This document shows positions 24,942 to 38,216 of a stretch of 64,000 nucleotides of DNA, piece after piece. A program made the position numbers and the translations under genes. How positions within the stretch are numbered: position 1 is the stretch's first letter; every line of letters begins with the position of its first letter. The stretch comes from Auanema rhodensis (Eukaryota > Animalia > Nematoda): the NCBI GenBank assembly GCA_964057225.1, contig OZ059899.1, positions 7,564,001-7,628,000 on the forward strand, written 5' to 3'. The notes beneath the pieces were generated by a model. That model saw only the letters and a list, made by a program, of their open reading frames with translations, did not search any database and was not told the origin of the DNA.

Positions 24942-26714
24942 ATGATCGATCTCGTTGGATTAGGTAAAGTTTATTTATTTGAACAGATAATTACCTGTTT
25001 CTGATATTCTTTTCATAATTTTCATATATTATAGGAAATATAACAAATGAAGAAATTTCTTCTCATCTTTATTATAGTCAAGAAGTACCATTCGCTATAT
25101 TCATTTTTCTGTATTCATTAGCTACCTTACTGCTTTATCTAATGGTTTTAATGGTACTCTGATATTCTATCATCAAATGTTTGATGTCATAAATCGCTTT
25201 AGGCTTTAAGAAATGATTCTGAATTCAAAGATCTGATGGCATATCAGATAATGTTTCATATTGGTATTGCCGATTGTATTCAACTAACCATACATTTCAT
25301 AGCTGGAATTTATGTTCTTGATGGATCTGAAAGATATAGTATTCTTGAGCGAGTAAGAAAATAAAATACTCATAATTTTTATTTTTAATTGTTTAATAAT
25401 ATTTTTTTAAAGAAGGGAAATTTTAGATTATTGGAGCTATTATGAACGGATCATGGGTTACTATGCTTATCTTAAGCATACTTTTAACTGTTAATCGATT
25501 TTTTAGTATTGTTTTACATTTCGAATCAAAACAAATTTTTTCTAAATTCATGACACGAGTAAGTAACTTCAAAGATATGAAAAATAATTTATACGAAGCT
25601 AGATATATTTGGCTGTATGTTGGCTAATTTTCTTTCTCGTTTTCTCATTGAATATAAGTCCTTTAAGTCGATTCTATTACGTAGTACCTACATATACATT
25701 TCATTATGAGGTTGAATATTAATCATAAATTTAAAATATCTGATTATCTTCAGGCTGATCATCCTCTGTCAGGAATACTTCGAACCATTAGTGCTAATAT
25801 ATCATTAGTTTCAGTTTGTGTAGCCGTTTTAAGTTATGCTTCCATTTTCCTTTATATATATTTTGTAGGTCATTTGACTTGTTATCTGTTGATTATATAT
25901 TTTTTAAGAAAGCTGCTATACTGAGTAAGAGGGAATTATACCTTACCATCCAGGTTTGTTATTTAATTATATTATAAATGAGTATTTGTTTAACTGATTT
26001 TGCAACATTTTGCAAGTTCTTGACAATATCATGTGAAAATGCTTATACTGGGCATGATAAGATAATTCTTTTTTTATGCATTATGGTGAAGCCCAATATT
26101 AATTATTTGCTTTTTGATTCTATAGGTTTTGCTGACCGCTTCATTTCATGTTCTTTCGTTCTTAATATGGGAGTATCTCACGCTCCCCGATCATCCAATC
26201 GCTACCTTTTTCGGACATTTTGTATGGATGGCTTGGAATTCTATACCTGGAATGCTTCATGTAATAGTTAGCCCGTAAGTTTGTTTTGTTCATAAATGGT
26301 TGACTGATACTTGTTGTCACACCACAAATCACAATAGCACGGATAATATGTAATAAAATTAATCAGCGATTCAATTTTGCGCTAGTAACTAAAGCAATTT
26401 TACCTGATTATGTATGGGAAATTCCTACAATATTTATAATGTTATTAATCTCAACTCCGTCACCAGATTACGTTACCTCAGTTGAGCACAAAAAGTATTT
26501 TAATAAGTGAACTCGAATTGACAAAGGGTTTCGATTGGAAATTTTTGAATATGCTTAAATTATTTGATATGTATATCACTTAATAACCAGGACATTTTAA
26601 TCTCAGCATTTGCAGAAGGATTCGCCAAAATCTTTACGAAGTTATTGGTATGAAAACAGCCCGAAAAGATTCAACTCTCAATTCTAAAAAAGTTGGTTCG
26701 GTTATGACAGTATA
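24942..26714 (+). CDS. Nematode serpentine chemoreceptor (Srt/Srx-like 7TM GPCR)
   Basis: AYQIMFHIGIADCIQLTIHF, LLTVNRFFSI, SKRELYLTIQ, WMAWNSIPGMLHV; seven hydrophobic segments across short introns. Confidence 0.85.
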
Positions 26715-27050
26715 ACTATATGTATTTATACCATATAAATTTATATATATTTATTCATTCGAATTAGAAAAATATATTTATTACGGGAAATAATATTTAG
26801 TTTTGTTATTAAGCGTTATTTTTAGACTTGAAATAATTTTTTTTTCGTTTACATTAGGATGGTATTAGAACTTGAATGTCATTGTACTGAGTCTCAATTA
26901 CTATGTTTTTATAAAATATGCACATATATGAAAATAATTCTTTATAAATTTATTTGTATGAAAGACCAATAAATACAGATACACTTTGGTTGTTTAAAAC
27001 TTAAAACATTTGGAGAAGCATTCAACTGTGTTCACTTTTCTCATTATCCT

Positions 27051-30000
27051 TTAGATAGTGAATGCACGGGCAACTTTTTTAGATTCAGCAGCACCAACTG
27101 AAGCATAAGCCATAATGTAGCTGTAAAAATATAATAAGAAAAGTAGATTAGAAAACGAAATGACAATTAGTGTTATTATTTCAATATTTTCTCTTTTTTT
27201 TTGGAATAAATTTGGCATTGAATGTTTGCTTAGTTTCCGTAATTTGCAGGCAAGTTTCTGATTGGTAGCTTGTTACTATCGAAAACGTGTCCACGATACA
27301 GTTCTCGCAGTTTTTTTTCAGATTTCCGCTTTTATGAATAATAACAGAAGTTATTCGACATTTGACATCAACTGGAATGCTTTTGAATACTTGGATAGCA
27401 GTCCTAAGTTCGTCGTCCTTGATATGTGCTACTTTTAAGAGGTATTAAGGGTAGAAGTTGAAGAATCTATCATTAAAATCTTATGGCTGGCTAAATGCAT
27501 TTGACTAGAATCAGTACAGCGAAAACCCGCTAAGAGAAGAACAAGAAAGAAACAGATTATCGGAAATCGGATAAACAGATTTTGCTTTCTAACCTAATCA
27601 AAGTACGATAGGATTTCGATGCCACCGGCCTTATTATTGGAAAATGACATGATGAAAGTTGAGATAAAAAATAAAAAGAAAGGACAAGCGAAATTGTTCT
27701 CTGATTCTTTTTTTTTTATTTTCAAATACTTTTTTCTTTCTTTGTTTCGTTTTCTTTATAACTTACCGGCCATTCAGTTCAACTTTACAAACAAGATCAT
27801 CCTTATAATTAACTTTCTGAGCGAAATCATCATATCCAGCAATAGTTTCAAATGGAGTGTTGAAAGTTTCTTCAAGACGTTTCTGAAAAAATCGAAATGA
27901 CATAATCGGATCAAGATTAAAATAGCTTTAATTTTTTGTTTCTTTTCACTCACTTGGAGAATATTGACCAAGGCTTGTACATTGCAAGTATGGAATTTTG
28001 GTCTATTTTCCAGTTCTTGATAGGTTTTGACCATTATGTCATTCAAGAGTTCATTACAACAAATATATCCTTAAATATTGAATTAAATATGTTATTTGTC
28101 TCTCACATACCGCTAGGATTATAGAAACATTCTTCAGGTTCTGGTTCTGGTGCATCATAAGGATTTGGTGTTATGGGCTCCGTAATTGGATCATAAGCTT
28201 GAGTCTAAAATAAGTTGATACAATGCTTTCTAAAAATACAATTTTACTGTGGTGATAGGAGGTAAAGTTTGTGGCGGTTGTGTACTTGGAACAGGGGATG
28301 GGTAGGTGATGGGCTCAACAGTTACCGGAACATAAGGTTCTTCAATATACTGCTGCAAAAGATATTTTATTTTATATTAAAAAATGAATTTTATACTGAA
28401 AGTTCTGGGGCACGAGCGGGAATAACTGGAGCAGTTACGGACTCAACAGCTGGATTCACTTCAATTTGCTTAGTAGGCACATACTGTTCATCAACAATAT
28501 GAAGATTTGTTTGAGGTTTATGTGGAACAGAGACTGGCTGAGCTACGAAAATAGGTTGTGCAATAGGAACTGGCTGAGCTACAGGCTGTGGGCGATGCTG
28601 CACAAAGGGCTTTCCTGTAGTCTGAAATTTATTTAATGCTTTTGTTTTATCAGTTTCTGAAGTTGTTTAATCAATAAACTCTATATTATTATCACAAATA
28701 TGTGTAATTCGAACGTTGATTACAACTTATAATTCAAAAAAGTAACATACGATAATTCTCTGATAAGGTTGAGCTGGACGAACTTCAGTCACAGTGGGGT
28801 TAACCTGAACAATAAATATGCAATATATACATATATATTATGGTTGGATTGTACCTGAGGACGTTGTTGATAAATGGTTGTCCTTTCTTCATAAACTTCA
28901 GTTTTCTTACAAATAAATACTTTGAAAAAAAAAAGATAATAGAGCACTTACTCCAGCATATGGTGTTTCTTGGTAAGAACCTTGGTGAACATGCTGTTGT
29001 ACTGGCAAACGTGATGGAATCTTGAGCAAAAACGATCAAATAAACAAAAGCACTTATGAAACTTTGTACCTGTTGAACGACAACATTTTGTTGAGGGATC
29101 TACGTATAATATCATTAGTTATATATTAATTTAATATAATACCTGCACTTGTTGATGATTATTTATGTTTCTTGGTTGTGATACTATCGTAGGAACCTAT
29201 TACAAGTACATTTTACCCAATATTGATAATGAAATAACCTGTGTATTTTGACTTTGTTGTTGGTATACAACTTGTTGTTGAGCTGGCTGATAGTAGTTCG
29301 TAGTACTCTAAAAAATTTCAATTGAGCAGCTAACAACATTCACTCATAAAGTAAAAAAGTTCTTTATCTTATTCACCTGTTGAGGATGAGTTTGAGGATG
29401 AGTTTGTGGCTGGGCTTCATATCCTTGTGGAGGGATTAGCTAAAAACCAAGGTCATTCCCGATAAACTTGATTTCTCTTTTTTTTTGAAGAAGAAGAAGG
29501 TTAACGATAAAAGTTGATTAGTTTGTTCACTAAACTTGTTGTTAGTATTGCCCTTTAATTACAAGCTGATTAATCAAATTTCTTTTCGAAAATGGAAAAG
29601 TGGCAGACCTGTTTTCCTTGTTGAATAAGATAAGGTGGATATCTTGGATCATGGGGAAGTTGAATATATTGTACAGGTTGTTGAATCTAAGAATCCAAGC
29701 AAATAGAATTGAAAGTATTTTTTAATTTTTATTGAAATTATGGGTTTAATAAAGATAACTTAAGAAGCATTAGTAGATGGTAAAAGAGAGATGTATTGAA
29801 AAATAAGTAAAAACTTTGAAAAATAAATTATGTTTTATCTTATATGAAAATGCTGAATACTAATAAGCTTAATTGCATAGTTCACTAGTGTTTTAAATAT
29901 TTAAAAATTTAAATATTTTATAATTTTCATTGTACTTACGTATGGTTGCTGTGGAATTGAAACATAACCTTGTTGTTGAGGATAATATGGTTGAGATGGT

Positions 30001-30382
30001 TGAGTATATTGAATCTGAAGAAGACAAAAATATTTAAAATGTTTTATACAAAATGGTTATGATTACTGATTGTGGATATGTTCCGACATTTCGTTTGGGT
30101 CTGCTTTGAGATCTCTTCGCCTGATAAAAAAAAATAAAATGTCGACATAATCATAAACACAACCTTCTTGCTGGGAGCATCATTTTGATCTATTTGAATT
30201 TGATAACGGTGATCACGGGGTGGGTGAATTGGGCCATGTGGCAGTAAATTTGCTAAATTATACCTGTTTTCTAGATTGAATATGTTTTTATATATCTTAC
30301 ATGCAATGCGTAGATTACGTTGTTGTTGGGCTACGCTCACAAGAACTGATGTGAGCGCCAATAAGGCGAAAAGTTTGAACAT
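27051..30382 (-). CDS. Hedgehog-related ground-like (GRL) secreted protein with Q/P/Y-rich N-terminal region
   Basis: Signal peptide MFKLFALLALTSVLVSVA. C-terminal ground-like domain CFYNPSGYICCNELLNDIM...FHTCNVQALVNILQKRLEETFNTPFETIAGYDDFAQKVNYKDDLVCKVELNGRYIMAY. Confidence 0.9.
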
Positions 30383-31584
30383 CTATAGTATTGTTTATTA
30401 ATACTATTTATTAATACATAACAGAGAAAATGCAAAATTAATGAAGAGTTCAAACGAAAACAAGAACAAACAGAAGTTATACAGTAGCTAATAGAACACC
30501 CATTTTAACTTAAAAGAATTCTTTAGAAACAGATTAAGGCAATCACGAAAAAATACAGTGTCGATCTTTAGCTCGAAAGGGCGTGAAGGTAGCTTCCGTC
30601 CTAATGAGATGTAGCGAAAGCGCTGCTGCGAAAACCGGCCAAGGAAGAAGGCAATGTCGAAACAAGCTGGATGCATTGGCTGGGAATGTTCAGCATTATA
30701 GAATAAGAAATTCGTTTCAAGGCTAAATACAGTAATGAGTTAACGTCATCGTGGGGCAAAGCTTTCCATGGCTTCTGGCAAATCAGATCAATTCGTCTGG
30801 GCGTGAACTACGAGTCAAACTAAGATTGGTAAGAGAAAAAATGATTTCCTGTTAAATTCATCATATATTGGTTTGAATCTGAAAAGCGAGACATACAATT
30901 GAATTAATTGTTTTCTTGCTTAAAGTTGCTTTTTCCTTATCCATTATAGACGTCAGATTATTTAGCGATTAAATTGAAAACGATTTCGCATGAACAAAGC
31001 AGCTTTGCTAAGATCATATGCACTAATTAAAGAAGTGTAACAATAAATCGGAATTAGTTAATTTATTTAGTAGATTAATACAATATTTTAGTTATGTTTA
31101 CTGTTAAATGTAAATAAACTAAGAGATACTACCGGAAACTAATTGAGATCTTCCTAAATTCAAAGTTTTTATACTCATCTTGTAAATTTAATGTTTGAGT
31201 TCACATGGTTTATTTATTTAAGCTTATTTGGTATACAATAAGCCAACATTTTGATTTAAACATAAGCCCGCATTTTTCTCATACTGTAAAATATGACTTT
31301 TATAATATTCATAACATATTTTATAATGAAAATGTTAAATTTATTTAATGAAAAAAATACTTTTATTACTAATAAATACTTTGAGATCAGTTTTAACATC
31401 ACAATATACCCATATGTTAACTGGTGAATATAAAAAAAAATAAAAAGACACCTATGAATACCAGCACAGACAATATGTTTGAGTAGTTTAAGCATTATAA
31501 ATGGTAAGAAAAGGAAACCCTATTTTTAAAACATATAACAGATAGAATTAAGTCTCGAACAGATAGAATTAAGAATCGGATATT

Positions 31585-33462
31585 TTAGACTCTAACAAGA
31601 GGCAACCAATTTTCTAATTTTGTGGTATGGCGGCGTTTTTTGAAATACTGTTTCATTTCCTCAGAATAAGGATCACAATCACCAGTAAAACTAAAAATAA
31701 ATAATATATTATTTTTAAAAGATGAGTCATACCGTCCTGGTCTACAGTAAGCCTTCTCGAATTCTATGTAACGAAGTTGTAAATCCCATGTTGAGTTATA
31801 CTTAAAACTGTTAATATTAACTATATCCAATTCTTCAGGAATTATGTAGAGGCGGCATCCTTTATACATAGTTGATACAATCCCATTATAAGCAGTTCTT
31901 GGCATACCTCCCTATATTATAATAAATAATAGAATAAAAATAATTCTAACTTACTCTTATATCTACCATGATACCTAGAATATTACCTAAGTTGTACCAA
32001 GTACGAACATTGTCATAAATAATTCTAAAATTGAATAATTTTGAAAACCAAAACTAAATTTCTACAGACTTATATGAATGAGTACTATCCCATTCCATTT
32101 TTCTTATGATGTCAGTGGATGTTGCGTTTACACGAAAAGTTTGAGATTCCGTTAATGATTTACTAAGAAGTTGGTCAAATCTGAAAAAGCAAAACAATAA
32201 AGATTTCTTTAAATTATTCAAAATTACCGTTCTTTCACCATGTTGTTAACAGGAATAAGATCAAAATTCACAGGAACACTTGAATGTGCAATTTGCTTCA
32301 AGATTTGTTTATATAATCCACTAAACGTAATACTTTCAACATTATAAAACAATATTTATTTGAGCATACCCACTGGATCCTTTACCGGCTAGCTCCATAT
32401 TATGCGACGTTCTGGGAATTTCAGGTCGAATGCAACTACGACCTTTGCGAACATCAGGTTTTCTCATCCAATCATCCCAATAAGCATCAGGCCAACCGGA
32501 CTCTAACTCTTGCCATACTTCACGAGAAAGAAGCCAACCTTAAAATACAATATATTTCAGATAAAATTAAAAACAAACCTAAACCAGGAAAGAAGTCCGT
32601 TCTCCACAACAAATCAGGTGTTCTACTATCAATACTACCATGCAGGCCATTATCGTTCCAGGCTGATATGCACCACAATGTTGAATCAGCCAATAGGGCC
32701 CTTTTTCCCCAAGAAAAATAAGAAAAAAAATCAGCTGATATTTCCAAATCATCTATATTAATATGATTGGTATATTTGTATAATCGCTTTCAAGAACCTT
32801 CAGTAACTATAACATAATCATAGTTCATTTCGTTGAAAACTTTTTGAAATGCCCATTTGTAATGTGCTGTTATAAGTGGATAATTCTTAGCTGTTCCTTT
32901 AGTAGGTGCACGTTCATGCTAAATGAATGGTTTAAAAGAACACAAATTCCAACAACCTGCATATACGTAATGTTATTATAGGTGGAAACATATTGAGAAA
33001 TGGCATTTTTCACAGAAGCCAAATTCCCATCTTGAGATACGACGATAGGGAAGCTTGTGTTAGAAGGACGATATCTATAAGTAGTTAAAATACTGTTAAT
33101 CTAAAAATTTTTCATAACAAACTTTGTTAAAAGTTTTAAATGATTGTCAATAGCATGTGCTCTAGTTGCGCACATAACTAAAATAGCTGCTACGAAATCA
33201 TTTTTTATCTAAAATAGAACCAATAATAAATGTTTCTCTGTCGATGTACATACGCCTGTTTTATGAAATGTTTTCTTGGGGCTCAATGATTTCAGGAACA
33301 AAGAATTTTCATGAGTATTGATGTCATACTAAACAAAGATAGTTTGCGTATTACGCATTAAAGTGAAAAACTTACACTACGAGCAAAGATTATAACATAA
33401 ATAATTGAGAAAATAAGAGCCAAAGCTACTAACTTTAAAAGTTCTTCTAGGCGACATCTCAT
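31585..33462 (-). CDS. Alpha-1,3-mannosyl-glycoprotein beta-1,2-GlcNAc transferase (GnT-I/MGAT1, GT13; gly-12/13/14 family)
   Basis: Type II TM anchor, PIVVSQDG, HYKWAF, VTEDDLEISADFF, WCISAWNDNG, RTDFFPGLGWLL, WPDAYWDDWMR...RSCIRPEIPRT, GMPRTAYNGIV. Confidence 0.93.
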
Positions 33463-35225
33463 TACAACAGGATGAAGAACATGACGCCGAAGCTTTGCCA
33501 GCATCTACTTTAATTTCCTAAACGGTAAATACAATAGTGATTGTTCAATGATAAAAGATCAATCTTCAAATCTCACAAGATACTAACACCCTGTAAGACA
33601 CAAGTGCCTACTTGAATAAGCAATTTGGCAATGCTTATAAAATGTTTCCAGGGATACGGATACGAAATGAGGAGATTCAGGAAAGAAGTGAAAAAAGTGG
33701 TGTATTCATTAAAACGTAAAAGAACGAGAAGATGTCATTGAAGTCAAATTTTGAGAAAAAGGACGAAATACGAGCTTTTGAGCCTCACTGAGAGAGAATC
33801 ATTCATTATTCTTCATAGAATTGGATGGGAAGAGAGGCGGATCATGATTATTGGCAATACAAATGCATTTCTAATGAAACACAGCATTTGGAGCTCTGCC
33901 TGGGTGTGTTTACTTAATCGAATATACATGACACTCATAACTAAAACCAAACTTAGCAAAAAGTTGAAAAACGGATATCAAAATCCAATATTTTAGTGAT
34001 ATGAAGTTCATCTTTCTGATTCATGTATTATTATGAAGGCTATGAAATATCCATAATGCTGTGGGAATCGGCTTCGAAGCCAAGATACAAGAGCTTGGCA
34101 ACAATTGTGTCATTGTTGTTTTCAACAGAAATTGCTATTGATTTTTACTTTACGTGGATATCACGTGTAGACAACATATATGTCTTCACTTCACTACTAT
34201 TTTAAGGAAACAGTAAAAGATATATTAATTATTTTAGTGATGCAATCAAATAGTAATTGATGTACTTAGAATTGATAAGATATCTTATAAACAATATAAT
34301 TAATTACACAAACAGAATTCAGAATATGTTCATAAGACATTTATTTAAAAGCTGATAAGCCAAACTTTACATTTAATTTAACAAAATGAATAGTTTGTAG
34401 TTTATCATGACAAACAAAATTAAAAGGTTTCAAGAAAACATAAGTTTTCAGTACATGTCTACTTTCCACATAATACTATATATCAAATCTACAAAAGATA
34501 ATCCGTTGATCTTCCAGATATTTTTACATGAAGTACTTATAATATATTTATAAGTATCTAAATTTGTACGAGCAAAATACAATCATAATTTTATTTTTTT
34601 GAACCTAGAACTTTTAGATAAGAAATATGTTATAACAAGAAATAATTTATGATAGGTTTAACATGTGAGTTTCAGCATGAAAGTATGTGAAACAGTTATC
34701 TCACAGAGACCAACGGGAGTTTAATTCTGCTAACATCTGTTTCTAAATGTCAAAACTGCGTACTATGCGTAACATATTTTTATTTCGACGGATATTTGAA
34801 TCTTAAATCCTCCGTATTTTTAGAAATGACATATATCTTTGAGAGATTGACGGTTGAAATAAAGTACTTTTCAAACTGTTTCTAATTTAAGGAAGTAAAA
34901 GTTATTTTTCCTAGGAGCAATTAGTAGCTTTTTTGTAAAAAGAAATCTTCAGAATTCAACAATACAGAGAATCTAGGAATACAATATTTAAAATAAAATA
35001 TATATTATTATATATGCTAGAAACTGTCTCGTTTCTCTAAAAAAAAAGAATAAAAAACAAGAACTAACCTTCAACAATTATCAATTCAATTTTATAAAAG
35101 ATTATTGCCTAGGTCAAAATTGTTCATTTCATTAGTAAAAATCGACATATCATACCAAATGAAATAAAAAACTGTATGTAATTTTTTATTTATTAAGAAA
35201 TATATAATATTAATTCTGACATTCT

Positions 35226-35757
35226 CTAGCAGAATTTCTCACAACATTTACGGGGGTCCATACGATTTTTAACATAATCAATCATTTTTGGTAATTCCTC
35301 GTGAACAAGTGATTCACAGAACTCCTTCTTGGTCTTATCATTTCCAAAGATTCTATTACATACTTTGTCTAGTACTTGCTCTTCTCCAACCTAGAAAAAC
35401 AATACACCAATGAAAAAGCAATTATGTTTCTTACAGCATGGTCAATGATCATCATTTTTGTAAAATACACAACATCTTTGCATACTGGACATGCACATCC
35501 CAGGCTATCAGAAGCCTAAATTTATAGTTTTGATATTTTAATCTTCATATTAAATATAAACCCTCATACAATCAGGCTTCTGAAGCTTAGCCTGACCAAA
35601 CTTGTACATTTTGGTTTTAAGGGCGAAATCATTGAATGGCTCTTCACAAGCAACTAAGGTGACTAAAACAATAAATGGAAAAAAATTGTGAAAAAAACCA
35701 CTTACTCAATACAAATGTAATGAAGAGGGAAGTAGAAAATGAAATTTTAAAAAGCAT
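35226..35757 (-). CDS. Saposin-B domain protein (spp/caenopore-like), 4 exons
   Basis: Signal peptide, pro-region, then CPVCKDVV...LDKVCNRIF...EFCESLVHEELPKMIDYV...DPRKCCEKFC*, which is the SapB Cys pattern. Confidence 0.88.
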
Positions 35758-36391
35758 TATTGTTAACAATGCTGTGTTTATTAGCGAGTTCTCTCAAATA
35801 AGATCTGTGGTTGTTCCTGAATGGATTAACAGTAGCAGGCTGGATATGAATAAGTGATATCCTGATGATATCGGAAGACGTGTGTCTGACCTAGATTTTT
35901 GACCTCGAACATGTGAAACACACAAGAAAACTCAGAAAACTTGCCTTTTCCTATGAACGAGTTCTTTGAAGAACAAGTGTTCTTCCTGGAAGAAGGACGA
36001 CTGCACTAATTATTGTTTATTAACAGGTTTAAATACAAATATTATAACAAATATAATATTACAAAAAAATCATAGCAAAAGGGTGAAAATAAGCATATTG
36101 GTATATGTAATATTCATACCAAATGAAAAACTATAAAAAATTGAAACTAAAAATCTACATATACAAAACAATTAATCTCAGATTCAGTTTCAATAACATA
36201 TGTCCTATGATTTTTGATATTATTCTTTTGTTGGAAACAATAGGTTGATGTTACTCATTTTTACATAATCATTAAGCTTTTTCAATTAAGCTATCTAATT
36301 TCAAATTTGCATTACAAATTTAATTAGGTTTAATAGCTGGTACCGTATGGCTCCGTTTGCCTCAGCAGTGAACGTCATATCAGGCTTGAAC

Positions 36392-37892
36392 ATGGCTTCC
36401 GAGTATTACGCGCCAGGTTTGTGAAGTTAAATAATATATTTAAGTTCGTTAATCTCAATACTTAGGTGCAACTATGAAGACAATTGCACAGAAAAGACGA
36501 CAAATGGAAAATCGAGAATTTTTTGAATTAGCTAAGGAACTCCCATTATCAAGAGCAATAAGCGCCCAGCATATAGATAAGTTAAGTATTTTCACTTATT
36601 CATATAAATGTTTTTTAATTTCTTTATTATCCACAGTAAGTTGTATTCTTTCCGTTTCAATACATGCAAATGTTACTGAAAAAATACAAAATTTTATCGT
36701 TTTTAGACTTCAATGGTAAGATTAGCTGTAACATACATTAAGCTTCATACTGTTCTTCCGCCGAACACGTTAAGCTATTCCAGTTAGTTGTACCAAACTG
36801 CAATTACAGTGATTTTTAAATTTTAGATTTTGATGCATTTTGGAGTTCGAATCCTCTTGATGTCAGTGATATCATATAATAGTTTAAAATAAAATATATT
36901 ATTTTAGTTAATGGATAGTTTTTTAATGGTATTAGATACAAAGGGCGATATTCTTTATGTCAGTGAAACTATTAGTATATATTTAGGATTATCTCAGGTA
37001 TATGAATTATAATAAAATTGCCGTTTTTCTAAGTAAGATATTTCATTATTCAGGTCGAAATGACTGGAAGCGCAATTCATGAATATATTCATGGAGATGA
37101 TTGGCAAAAGTTTCAATTGGTAATTTCATTGTTTACAAAAGTTTCTAACAAAATTGATGTAGGCTTTTCAATATTCATTAAATTGGATTGATTCTTGTAA
37201 TGTTCGGGTTAAATCTAGCTTAACTAAAAGAGCAAACAAAGACTCGGGAAGTTCATCACCAGGATACAAAGTAACATTCGCTCTTGAAAGAAATCTGATT
37301 TATAACTATATTAGGTTTTGAAAATGGATTTTATTGGACATGGCAATAGTCGACTTTTGCATTGTTTTCCATTACCATCACTTATTCTATCAACTGTCTC
37401 AATTCAACCGTATTCTTTTGTATTAACAACTACAGTTGATCTAGTTGTTATAAGTTCTGATGAAAAGTAAGATTATAATGTATTTAATTAATTTTTTTAT
37501 ATATTTAAGAGCTGATGAGTTCCTTTGTGACTTTTTTGCTCGAGGCTCGGGTTTAAAAGGATTATCTTTTTATTCATTAGTACATATCTCTGATTTAGAT
37601 ACTATTAGAAAAATGCATTACGAAGGTAAATCTAACAGTTTAATGAAAGTTTGATTTGAAACTAAAATTTCTTCTTAACTTTTTAGTTTTTGCTCTTGGA
37701 GCCTATCGTACTCCTTATTTCCGAATGATTCTTCGTCAACAATGCCAGACATTCTTTGTTGAGGTTTGTTCTATCAAAATATAAAATCAGATCATTAACT
37801 TTTCACCAATTCAGTCGACTGTGTACCGATATTCATCATCAGCAAATAAAACTACCGTTGATACTATAACTATAATTATTAATTGCTTATAA
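36392..37892 (+). CDS. hlh-34: bHLH-PAS transcription factor (Sim/NPAS-like)
   Basis: [93 protein letters not shown]...GAYRTPYFRM. Confidence 0.85.
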
Positions 37893-38216
37893 ACTTTCTA
37901 CATTTTTCTTTATTTTAATTCCTTTTTCTTCAAAAAACTTCATTATTGTCTTGAAAAACTTTGATATATCCTACATCATAAAACTTTAATTTGACCATCT
38001 GTTCCTCATTGTGTTGTTTTCTAAAAAATTTTCAACTGAATTGCTAGATATCTGTCTTGTGCTGAGAAGAAGTCAGTTTCCAGTGATCATATAAGATTAC
38101 ACTTTGCCAAAGTATTCGTCGATTGTGGCTGCAAATTCACTTAACTTGATTGCATTCTTTCTTTAATTTTTAATTATTTAAATTAATAAATTATTACTTT
38201 TACGAATTTGCTGAAG

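Noticed and set aside
31256-31520. Possible extra hydrophobic terminal exon of GnT-I
   Set aside because: AT-rich 3'UTR-like composition; the upstream exon already ends in an in-frame stop.
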